In this document: positions 27,601 to 36,600 of the stretch, piece by piece
How the letters are laid out: every line of letters begins with the position of its first letter
How positions within the stretch are numbered: the stretch's first letter is position 1
Source of the DNA: a virus
Length of the DNA stretch: 64,000 nucleotides
Direction: 5' to 3' (one strand)
IMG/VR virus record: IMGVR_UViG_3300036770_006330
Made by a program: the position numbers and the translations under genes
The notes under the pieces: model-generated
Seen by the model: only the letters and a program-made list of their open reading frames with translations
Databases searched by the model: none
What the model was told of the DNA's origin: nothing

Positions 27601-30559
27601 GACTGGTTCGAAGATTCGCTATCCAAGACATACTGTGCATTTTGGCGTTAACCACATGGCTGGTGGGCATGTTTTCAGGCAAAGGTCGGACCGCGACACC
27701 GACATAGTGATTATTCCGCTATCAGAAATGATGAAAGCAAACCCAGATTCTCTAGACACTTTGCACTCTGTCGATACATACTTCACCCCGAAGCCAGGTG
27801 AGGGGCTCAAAATGAAGGCTGGGACCTACAGAATCATAAAGGGTACGCCAGACGAAGACGACACGCGAAAGCGAGTTGAGGAAACGCTAAAGGATATGGG
27901 TGCCAAGAAAATCTTTCCTGGTAGCACAGCTGAAGGAAGCACCTCTGGCGTTGATTTAGCGCTATGGAAACTTAGCGCTGAGCTTGGAGTTTCTCATGGC
28001 CTGCATTCAAACAATCCTGCAGGCCAAATAGAAAATTATGTGACACGTATGCGAGCTCAGGGCAGAAAGGCCGACCCAAATATCGGAGCTGATAGTGCTG
28101 CACGAATGAGCCGCAACGCTAGGATGCGAATGGGAGTGACGAACTACTGGCAAAGCTCAGACCTGAGCTACGGCAGGGGTGATTCAATTAGCGGATTCAT
28201 GAGAGCTCCCAATTCAACGCCGAGATACCCACGAACACCGTCGTACGGGCCGATGCTTGGCAGGACAAATGAAATCTTCGACGGTGTTAAAGACTGGAAT
28301 GATTTCAAGAGCCGTTATAACGATACGGACATTGTGTTCATCGACTACGAGACAACGGGTCTTGTTTTTGACGAATTTGGTCGTGCGTCATCAAATGGGG
28401 CCCCTGTGCAGATTGGTGCCGTCAGAGTTCGCAATGGGCAAGTTGTGGACAGAATGAATACTTTTATAAATCCCGGTAAACCCATGTCCGAGTGGGAGCA
28501 ATGGTCGCGCGACAATCTGCGAGGACCAGACGGGAACCCACTAACCGACGATTTCCTGGGCGACAAACCATCAATTTCTGATGCTCACAGAATGCTTGCG
28601 GAGTTTGCCGGACCGGACGCAATTATGGGTGTTCAAAACGCTGCATTTGACAAGAACGTGCTTGATGATGCGCTGCGCGAATCGGGAATCGACTGGACAC
28701 CAAGCGGATGGATAGACCTCAAAGATATGGCATCGATGACGTTGCCAAGATATTCAGACGAAAATCCTGATGGGCCGTTCAAGTTTGACAAGAAAAAAGG
28801 CAAAAATGTTCCATCCAACGGACTGGCAGATATTACAAAGTACCTAGGAGTTGACCTGGGTGACAAACACCACACGGCGGACGCAGATGCTGAAGCGACT
28901 GCGGAATCAATGCGAAAGCTCATAGATGGAGCGATAGAAAAGAATTGGTCTTCTGATGTATTGACCAGGTCTCGCAGGGATTCATATGTAAGCAGACAGC
29001 AGGACCAATTCAATAAAGATATCGCAACATTTGAGTCAGACTTGGCAGAATACAAACAGACAGCCGTATCCGGCAAGATGACCACAACGCCAAGAAATTC
29101 AAACATACTTGATTCTGTAAAACAAAAGGCAAAAGGCTCGACTTTTGGTTCTAACACTACTCGTGAATACATAGACTCACTTCCTTCAAAAATGCGCTGG
29201 ATGGCACAGACCCTTGAGGAAAGCGAGCCAGGACGCATTGCGGCGCGACGAGAGATTGTAGCGGGCCTCAAGCAATTTGCCACAAACGGTGAAACAGAAA
29301 ATCCAGAATTGCAGTTGGGGCGCATCACAAATGGACTCGACCCTGAGTTCTTCAGGTATCTACAAACTGCGGATGAAAACGAGCTATTGGCTGATTTACG
29401 TCAGGCCGGAATCGAATTTCATTCTGGAATCAACATCGAACCAGTATCAATGGTTCGCGCCGACAATATCATGGACGTAATAAATAATGGTGTAAAGCCA
29501 AACCCGAAGGCTGCCGGAATCGGTAAAATCTATGAGGCAGATATTGGAATTCACCCCGATACCGAAAACAGCTTAAGACCAGTTGTAGCCCAGGCCGTAC
29601 ATACTGACACTCTTGCGGCGGAAACTGCGGAAATAGAGAAATTTTTCAGGGAAAACAACTTAGATTTTGATGGTTCGAGATACAACATCGACCTTGTTGA
29701 CAGAACTCCATATCGGCGAAATAGGGACACTTCGCTTGCGTCAGGGGAAGTGGAACTGATACTCAGGCCGGATGTTGCACAACGCACTGCGTACGGAAAT
29801 GGCAGCGCAATAAATAACCATATCTTCCCAGTCTCAATGACGTCATCTGACCCAGACGCAATTGGGAGAGCAGTCATCGACCCCAATGGCAGGGCTGATG
29901 ACAGAGACGAGAATATCGTTGAGCTTCTGTACGGAAAGTTCAAAGGCAACTACAACGCCTACAGAACCGACAATGGCAAGACGCGTCCACAGATGGCGGG
30001 CCGCTGGTCAGGCAGGGACGCACTAATTCTTGGGGGCATAGAGCCAGGCGATATTCAAGAAATTCGCATCCCGTTCAATTCAATAGTGCCCGCAGAAACG
30101 CACAGAGAAGCATCGGCATTGCGTCCAGGCGACATTCCGTTTGGGGACATTTCCTCGGACGCAACAATACGCGACGCTGCCACAAAGAAAAATATACCCA
30201 TATTCCAAATCGTGTCTGACATTGCGAACGGGGTTGACCCATACGAGGCGATGCCAGAGAGCATATGGTCACGGATAAACGATGTTGGAAGCTATAGCGA
30301 ATTAGCTTCAGTTCAGTCAAAATTGGCAAAAGTAATCGCAGCTCGAGAAATCCGAGACAGGGCAAATGCCTTTGACATAAAGACATCCTTTACCAACCAG
30401 TATGGTTTGGATGTCTTCAATGGAAAAACATTTTCGTCGTTGGCTCGTGCCAACTCTGAGGCGGAAAATGTGCTCCGAGCACGAAGGCGTGACATTATTG
30501 AAGAACTCATTAAGGACCTGAGGCGCGTGAAAAACGAAATGGGCAAGGCCACTAAATGA
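24659..30559 (+). CDS. Giant polyvalent protein A (1966 aa): zincin metallopeptidase, ART-like, DEDDh exonuclease and DUF3626-like domains
   Basis: HEFGH...E..AEYY; IDYETTG...NAAFD...HHTADAD; six [IV]SGxM motifs; RCP...C motif; GGAG RBS before the GTG start. Confidence 0.8.
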   Translation: MGNSNPDFANKALRDISRRGDFEIEFVPTLATKADKSPKTDEAEKEKSYANAYDEYIKTWEPGDVLPIVPPGIKWHLCRFNPSRLAQESEVFEVEGQPSGLKQKSLEDQIEIDYKVLGRKLRDSVESLLRRAAGARGLWVDDKNKLRCPPGTPAANQFTDITGANCFIPTPRTAAQSGARAVRRAAQGAMARGAQVGERVPETFDFARATQAQIQELGFERAQEVMAVGGRISPPDGTIPTVISGAMNVPNALRIGAPRPQQQRQGRGSGFRGAPPGKGGAQGVWLPGLREQIYRGKRLTELADSLDQRIRNPKLPNGLFLPTGMPVGDIRNKQEFVNALSAIFPNVDPAEWGQLFDNSIPQNLSYVEKKRLKEALVSFWQGIIAEGIANPQHAQWVTQMNIETTGEDAFRVDLTPYAPDIVYGGRRASATALKLQSGQKAYETGGVHFSLNINPLKMYQQALGIGFDKNGRANGVVDSIQGDMHYMATHEFGHIAHFSSAMRALGFDPNNLNRYQLQRSLVAGQGGPQWQPKEGVGAWVIDFTKAKNPLNSPSIDLLIDAAQNLRTRTYTGYRTYSRQELERDLNNFHMALHEAVLNNITDTAEERELMNQFAGGAYGASSPIEVRAEYYAARRLFSGEKGQQDNVDLFADALSKAQNSPYNAQQIRQILDDSGKRTFGVSGRNWNISGRMQSAQNQQPSLKTRAVRRAVAQQGGGRRSSGSISGSMRAPGVDRSVASSRDWKADDTLNNRFNIEGELFSARDIEASLPSMIRTTRTTQPRQLRSISGSMKMMADPDARPYGKIRDGGNIRDIEVEGKQYSFNGEKIIFDNPEISYEDQSVKVIARNPFAITGMDETSTKGRQLAEKWTAAHIGNGLDSGRESTEIDALLYAGTRGDTEAMEEFERLAGIGQQAIDDKKRQQKTEVNLSQSQLSEIRREGLDDLSVDDLYIIHETGYTPQPDANGDIEIKPLSDFDTTTKTGSKIRYPRHTVHFGVNHMAGGHVFRQRSDRDTDIVIIPLSEMMKANPDSLDTLHSVDTYFTPKPGEGLKMKAGTYRIIKGTPDEDDTRKRVEETLKDMGAKKIFPGSTAEGSTSGVDLALWKLSAELGVSHGLHSNNPAGQIENYVTRMRAQGRKADPNIGADSAARMSRNARMRMGVTNYWQSSDLSYGRGDSISGFMRAPNSTPRYPRTPSYGPMLGRTNEIFDGVKDWNDFKSRYNDTDIVFIDYETTGLVFDEFGRASSNGAPVQIGAVRVRNGQVVDRMNTFINPGKPMSEWEQWSRDNLRGPDGNPLTDDFLGDKPSISDAHRMLAEFAGPDAIMGVQNAAFDKNVLDDALRESGIDWTPSGWIDLKDMASMTLPRYSDENPDGPFKFDKKKGKNVPSNGLADITKYLGVDLGDKHHTADADAEATAESMRKLIDGAIEKNWSSDVLTRSRRDSYVSRQQDQFNKDIATFESDLAEYKQTAVSGKMTTTPRNSNILDSVKQKAKGSTFGSNTTREYIDSLPSKMRWMAQTLEESEPGRIAARREIVAGLKQFATNGETENPELQLGRITNGLDPEFFRYLQTADENELLADLRQAGIEFHSGINIEPVSMVRADNIMDVINNGVKPNPKAAGIGKIYEADIGIHPDTENSLRPVVAQAVHTDTLAAETAEIEKFFRENNLDFDGSRYNIDLVDRTPYRRNRDTSLASGEVELILRPDVAQRTAYGNGSAINNHIFPVSMTSSDPDAIGRAVIDPNGRADDRDENIVELLYGKFKGNYNAYRTDNGKTRPQMAGRWSGRDALILGGIEPGDIQEIRIPFNSIVPAETHREASALRPGDIPFGDISSDATIRDAATKKNIPIFQIVSDIANGVDPYEAMPESIWSRINDVGSYSELASVQSKLAKVIAAREIRDRANAFDIKTSFTNQYGLDVFNGKTFSSLARANSEAENVLRARRRDIIEELIKDLRRVKNEMGKATK

Positions 30560-30897
30560 AAAAGTATTTGATGGCCACCGTGGGTGAAACTGGAAGGTTA
30601 TACTTTGTTCCCGAAGGCGATAAATACAATGGCGTATTTGTTGACAAGGGAAAGATGTTGGTTGTTCCAATATTCGACTTCATACACCGAAATTCAGACG
30701 TAGAGCCGATAAAGCAGACCAACCGGCAGAAAAAATTTTGGAAAATGGATTTCAATGACCCTCGTTGGGCCCGCGAGCATTTTGTCGAACTAAAAAACTC
30801 CACGTCTGGGAACAAGTACAATCGCCGGGCCAGGGTGACAATGGATGCCATTGATGACATCTCGTCATCGCGCCAAAAGCGAAGACCAAACAACTAA
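30556..30897 (+). CDS. Small hypothetical protein coupled to protein A
   Basis: ATGA overlap with the protein A stop. Confidence 0.6.
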   Translation: MKKYLMATVGETGRLYFVPEGDKYNGVFVDKGKMLVVPIFDFIHRNSDVEPIKQTNRQKKFWKMDFNDPRWAREHFVELKNSTSGNKYNRRARVTMDAIDDISSSRQKRRPNN

Positions 30898-30974
30898 TTG
30901 ACATGTATTTATATAGAGATATTTTGCGTACAATTGACATTGGGGCGCAATTATGAGTCGGCAAAGGAGTTGCT

Positions 30975-31616
30975 GTGGACCTCATTAAACAAATTCTTGA
31001 TGGCAAGCTGGTGATTGCCGACAGCGAGAAAGCAGACCCAGCTGGTGCTGTAATTCCACAGGAGCGAATCACGGGAGACGTTCTCAAAGGAAGAGGGCCG
31101 AGGCGCGGAAACCTAGAGCGACTCCTAAGGTACTGGCGACCGATAATGAGAAAACCTGGCGGATTTAGAAGATGCCGGGTTATCCTTGCTGACCATCCAG
31201 AGCTATACCCGCTCAACAATATTTGCGCTTGGCTTCACCACGAGACGACAGGTCTTTGGCCAAACGAAGGTTGCCATCACCCCAACATGAAGAATTGCAA
31301 AAAGAAAATACGAGGCGTTGTGAGGGGCAGTGTTTGGAGCGATGAGGAATTCGACAACAGACTTCGAAAGCTCACTTCTCGTGCTGGTCGGAAATCGATG
31401 GGTTTTGCGGGAGTCCGTGCTGCCGACGAACCATTCGCCCCAGTTATTACGGATGAAGATTGGACACACGCAATTAAGGTTCTGCAGGACTTCACGGAGA
31501 TGGAACCTGATTTTGTTAAGTACATTCAGGATGACCAAAACTGGGAACACGAACACGGTTTCAAGGTTGAACAAATGAATTTGGAGCCAATGGATGAAAA
31601 CAATATTGAATTCTGA
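30975..31616 (+). CDS. Head-associated hypothetical protein with a Cys/His motif
   Basis: AAGGAG RBS; LLRYW...PGGFRRC......CAWLHHETTGLWP resembles a block I recall from actinophage capsid-maturation/MuF proteins. Confidence 0.6.
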   Translation: MDLIKQILDGKLVIADSEKADPAGAVIPQERITGDVLKGRGPRRGNLERLLRYWRPIMRKPGGFRRCRVILADHPELYPLNNICAWLHHETTGLWPNEGCHHPNMKNCKKKIRGVVRGSVWSDEEFDNRLRKLTSRAGRKSMGFAGVRAADEPFAPVITDEDWTHAIKVLQDFTEMEPDFVKYIQDDQNWEHEHGFKVEQMNLEPMDENNIEF

Positions 31617-33660
31617 TTGTTGCGGAGCCGGCGCGTCGAAGCCGGTAATTAGAACACGCTACATTTCTCCAGGGCTTGCTGTTTCGCGCCCAAACGCCTT
31701 CCTTGCACCTCTTAGTTCATTTGACAGTAAGGAAAACGCAGTTAAATATAAGTGTGCAATGCAGCGTTCTGGAGGCAAAAGAGACTACAGCGTCAAAGTT
31801 GGAGTAACTGGTTCAGAAAGCAGAATTCTTCAGTCACTGCAAGGTCTTGGAAGTGCTATTACACCAGGAAACTTTTCAAATGTGAGGAGTCCTGTGCGTT
31901 CACGGATATATTCAGCCCTTACTCCTGGTGGCGGACGTGGCGTACCTGGTGGCTTTGGCGCGCTGAAACCAGAACGCGGATACCGATGCCCAGAGGGGTA
32001 TCAATACGGTGGCCGATTTACCGACTCGAGATTCTCTACTTGCGGCAAGCAGTTGTTTGACCTTCCGGGAATTATTGGGCGAACAATCGCACAGGCTCTT
32101 CGCGGAACAGCAAGACCTTCGGCATTTCAGCAAGTTGCTGGCCGGCAAGTCGCGGCGATGTCCGTAACCGGCGACATTATTCAATCTCGCGCGCCACAGA
32201 TTCCAAAGGTATCTACTGCAAATCGCCCGCGCCGAACAACGGAAGTTCAGAAAATAGTCGGACAGATGGCTGACGTTAACGATGCCTATATGCGGATGGT
32301 TCGTCGTGATGGTTTTGTTCTCGAGCCAGTCGTAACCCCAGCAGTATTACGAACAGTTCCGGATAACAGAGACATGGAAGGCGCCACATTTATCATGAAC
32401 GCGCTTACAGATGATGTTATTGGAAACGATGAACTTGGGCTTTTGTCCAACACTGGAGTAGAAAACGTAACCTATGTGCTCTCGGGTGGCTCAACAATCA
32501 GCATCGGGAAAGCACGTCCATTGACCGTCGGAGAGCGACGAAAGCTGGGCAAAACCATTTCTGCCGCTGAAAAAATGCGCAAAACAGATGACCCAGTTGC
32601 TCGGTTGAGATTTGTCACCCAAGAAATGGGCGATGCGATTGCCTACGAAGAGAATTTCAAGGGTATAAAAAATCCGAATGACATGATTACTGTAAATCTT
32701 CCAGCTGGAAGAGGAAAACGAACAATGCGCAGATGGCACTATGACGCCTTCTATCGAAAGCGCAAGAAGTCAAACATGGTCGCTCGAGCGACACAGCTTG
32801 AGGCCGTTCCAGAGGATGAGAAAATAAAAGACCTCGCGAGCGCCGTAAGACACTTGAATAATGGCGGTTCGCTGGAAAATATTGCTGCCACCGTTCGCTC
32901 AGAGGCAATAAAACGAAGCAATATGTATAAGACCGGCAAAATCAAAAACGGCGTAATACTTCATGAACGAGCAGACGGTCAAACCGTATTTGAAATTACG
33001 CCAGACAACCAATATGAGCATCTTGGAGCGGCATTCGCATCTGAGCTGCAACGCTCAATGGGCCTTGCTGCTCCAAAAGTTAGATTGAGTGGCGCAGGCA
33101 AAAAGCGCAACTACATGTTGGGAGAGGCGCAAGACGTTGAGCCGATGTCGCAACAGGAAAGAGCCACAGATATTGCATCACTGCCCCCTGAAGATGTGCT
33201 TGGAATCGCCATATCCGACTTCTTGACTGATGCCAGGGATAGGAATCCCTCCACAATCGCACAAGTGAGAATTGGTGGCCGGATGAGGGCCGTTGCATCG
33301 ATGAATCCGAATGCTGGTCTCGCCGGCCTCAGTGCGCAAGAAATACGCCAAAGACGGCAATTGCAGCTGAACGAATTCTTTAACCGCCGTCAACAGGCAA
33401 CATACGAACAGTATTTTCGAAATCTAAAAGAGCAGCAGCGACGTAAGGCATTGGCTCTTTTTGAGCAGCTAATGGACAGGGCATCGGATTTTGATTACCG
33501 CCGATTCCAGCAGCAACTCGCGGTTGACGGGATGCTTTCCGAGGCTGAAAAACTCCACTTGCGAATAGTTGAGCAAATTTTTGAGCAACGGATAGAAATA
33601 CTTAAAGCGTCCTCCGGGGTATTTAAGCAAATAATGGGTCTAACAAATCGGACACAATGA
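31594..33660 (+). CDS. Head-module protein B (688 aa): RCP...C motif and a degenerate HipA/PI3K-like kinase fold
   Basis: ASELQRSMGLAAP...ISDFLTDARDRNPSTI; the metal-binding Asp appears to be missing. Confidence 0.55.
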   Translation: MKTILNSDCCGAGASKPVIRTRYISPGLAVSRPNAFLAPLSSFDSKENAVKYKCAMQRSGGKRDYSVKVGVTGSESRILQSLQGLGSAITPGNFSNVRSPVRSRIYSALTPGGGRGVPGGFGALKPERGYRCPEGYQYGGRFTDSRFSTCGKQLFDLPGIIGRTIAQALRGTARPSAFQQVAGRQVAAMSVTGDIIQSRAPQIPKVSTANRPRRTTEVQKIVGQMADVNDAYMRMVRRDGFVLEPVVTPAVLRTVPDNRDMEGATFIMNALTDDVIGNDELGLLSNTGVENVTYVLSGGSTISIGKARPLTVGERRKLGKTISAAEKMRKTDDPVARLRFVTQEMGDAIAYEENFKGIKNPNDMITVNLPAGRGKRTMRRWHYDAFYRKRKKSNMVARATQLEAVPEDEKIKDLASAVRHLNNGGSLENIAATVRSEAIKRSNMYKTGKIKNGVILHERADGQTVFEITPDNQYEHLGAAFASELQRSMGLAAPKVRLSGAGKKRNYMLGEAQDVEPMSQQERATDIASLPPEDVLGIAISDFLTDARDRNPSTIAQVRIGGRMRAVASMNPNAGLAGLSAQEIRQRRQLQLNEFFNRRQQATYEQYFRNLKEQQRRKALALFEQLMDRASDFDYRRFQQQLAVDGMLSEAEKLHLRIVEQIFEQRIEILKASSGVFKQIMGLTNRTQ

Positions 33661-36600
33661 AAACCTCGACAGTTATCAGAGATAAGATTTCTGGTGCGCC
33701 GTTCGCCGTCATCGTAGGACCGGCGCAACCCCTGCGCGTCTTCGGTGCGAGCGGACAGGGTAGGGCATGGGCCGAATGGGCGGTTAAACAGCCATCGATG
33801 GACGCATTGCTTTCTTCTCTTGATGCGTCTCTTGTACACGAAAAAAACGTGCAGCTCACAACTGAGTTTTTGGACTCTATCGCCGACTCGTTTGACCAAC
33901 AGGTAATAAATGACCTGCGTGCCTTGGCGTCCCAAAAAGCCCTCGTATTGATAATGCAGACAAAATCCGACATTGGTCCGGAGCACAATGAGTATGAGCA
34001 GATGAACGAAACTTCTGAGCTCGAAGAAATCGACAACTGGCCAATTACTGATGCCGCATTGGCAACAATAGATGTTGCCTATAAGCAAATCGCAATCAAT
34101 TATAAAGCGCGGGCATTTGAGCTTGACACAAAACGAGCTGGCATCATGCTCCAGGTCAAAGGTGTTCGCGCTCTCTGGGACCCAAACATGCCCGGTGGTG
34201 GAGGTTGGAGATGCCCGGACGATACGCCGAATGGTGGACAATTCACCAACAGGCTTGGTCGCGGATGCACATTTGGAATGTTGAGGAGAATAGGAAGAAG
34301 TCTCGTTGCGGCATCATTGCGAGATATTTCAAAGGCAGTAGATGATGCGGCAAACATAGATTTGCCAACAGTGAACCGGGCTGGAAGGGCATTAACTTCC
34401 GCCGCTGACGCAAGAGATGCCAGACTGCAAAATAAGTTTAAAAACAGGGCACAACGAAGAGCACGAAAACTTGCTAAAGCAAAAGCACAAGAGCAGTTGA
34501 AACAAGGCGCAATTACGTGGAGACAAGCATATGAAAGTCTCGATAAGGATAGGACGCGCAGAGGAAGAGCTCGAATCGCAACTGCATTGGTCGCAAAGCG
34601 CATGGCAGACGATGCCGCAACTAGAGCATTTAATTCAGAGACAAGAAGGCAGCGGAGACGAGCTGGAAGAGGTGTTGAAAAAACACCGCCCCCATCACCT
34701 GGCGGCGCAGTCTCAACACAGACTGTGGTCCCAGGTCAACAGGGGGGACCGTCAAGAAGAGAAATACTCGCGGAACGGTTGAGGCGCACCGCTCAAAACA
34801 TAGTAGGTGAAGACCAGCAGCAGACACGCAGAATGTCTCGACGCGCTAGACGCGTCGCGCAACAACCCCAAGCTGAAGAACCTGTCGATACTGAATATAC
34901 GCCCCCGCAGTCGCCGGCTAGAGGTGTGCGCGGACAGACGCCATCACCTGCACCAATCGCCACGCGTTTTGCTCGTGGCGAAAATGAATCGCGCATGGGG
35001 GAGATACGAGCAATTCGCAGAGAACTAAGAGGGAGAACACCACGTAGCACAAGTCCATTGCGAGAGCGAATCGCAATGCGCCAAAGACGTCGAGCCGCAA
35101 GACTGCGCGGAGAGGCACCCGGGTTGGAGGACTATCCAGATTTTGAGGCAAGCCGTATTGAATTGCCAGACTTAAAAGGTGGACCACTAGAAGCAAACGC
35201 CTTCATGGGCAGGGGCCAGGATGCAAAACGGGTCGACCCAATTTTGCGAGACATTCCATCGCCTCCGGGGAGAGGAGAGGGCAGCTTTATACCTATAGGC
35301 GATACACCCGCTCGAGAAGAGTACGTGGAAAGAAGGCAAGAATGGCTCACTGACGAGAACCTAATTGGCCTAAACAATTTGCAGAAATTTTTTGAACATC
35401 GAGCTAGTCATGGAAAAATTCGAGAAGCTCGCTCGGACGACAGCACTAATGCAGAGCAAGTGGAAGATGCTCTCATCAATGCCGGCGAACTGCTGGACTC
35501 TTTCGATGCCAGCTCGCAAAATGAACTAAAAGAAATATACGAGAACTGGCAGCGCGAATTCAATGACCCAAACCTCCCTTCTCCGGAGGGATATGTATCC
35601 AATCTTGGGCGCACCATTTCCAGACAGGACGACGTTAATGGAATAAGCAGAACTGTTTTGTACGCTGCCGATGTTCCAGGAAATCCGATTGTCTACATAG
35701 AAGATTCAGATAAAGGAATAGCCCACCTGCTGGACACAAAGGGCCGTCACGTTCTTTCAATGTTCACCGACGATAACGGAGAGGTGCGTTTCATGTCTGG
35801 CTCTGCAGCAGCGGAGACTATCGCTAGACGTGGAATGCGTAGACCGATTCGTGAACGAATAATGGAAAGACTCAACAGAAGAGATTCCGACGGGTCGCCA
35901 GCGCAACAGATGTCATTGCGTGCTAGAAGAATTGCGGTTGAGCGTAGCAAAACTCGCTCTGGCCTAAGTTTTGGCAAGACAACAAGTGGCGATGTGTACC
36001 TCCCAGGCGACCATCTACTCGCCGAGCAGGACAGACTAATAATCGAAGCCAACATTCAGGACCAATTGGCACGATATAACGAATCATTCAGGCACAGACT
36101 GAATATTGCCGACCCGGACGAACCGCTATCGGAAGATGGAATACTTTCGTATATCGACGAACTAGCAAAAACTGATGCCAGACATGCCGGAATAATAAAA
36201 ACACGCCTGCACGATTTCCTGGTGCTAACAGAAATTGAAGAGACCGGAGATTTAAATTTCATTAATAATCTCAAGCCGTCAGCTAGGTCTCGAATTCTTG
36301 AGGGAACGTCCAGCTATACGAGGGGGAAGAGAAGCGGTAGGCAGAAATTTACCCCATACAGGCCTTCAGGCGCGCGCAATATAAATCCAGAGGATATAAC
36401 GCCGCCAATACTGGTAAATGCCCCAGTGAATACCATGGCGCCAATAAATGTACCAAGCACCGGAATTCCACTTACGCCAGGTCTTGGCAATCCTTCCCTT
36501 GGTATCAATTACGACCCTTCAAGTGGCCTATACATTGATTCAGCTACTGGATTGTTTGTTGAGGACCTAACCGGCCTTCCAATTGACCGCACCAGTGTGT

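Noticed and set aside
33271-33285. IGGRM in protein B as a processing motif
   Set aside because: Falls inside the kinase-like fold and deviates at position 2. Proteins B and C have no canonical copy.
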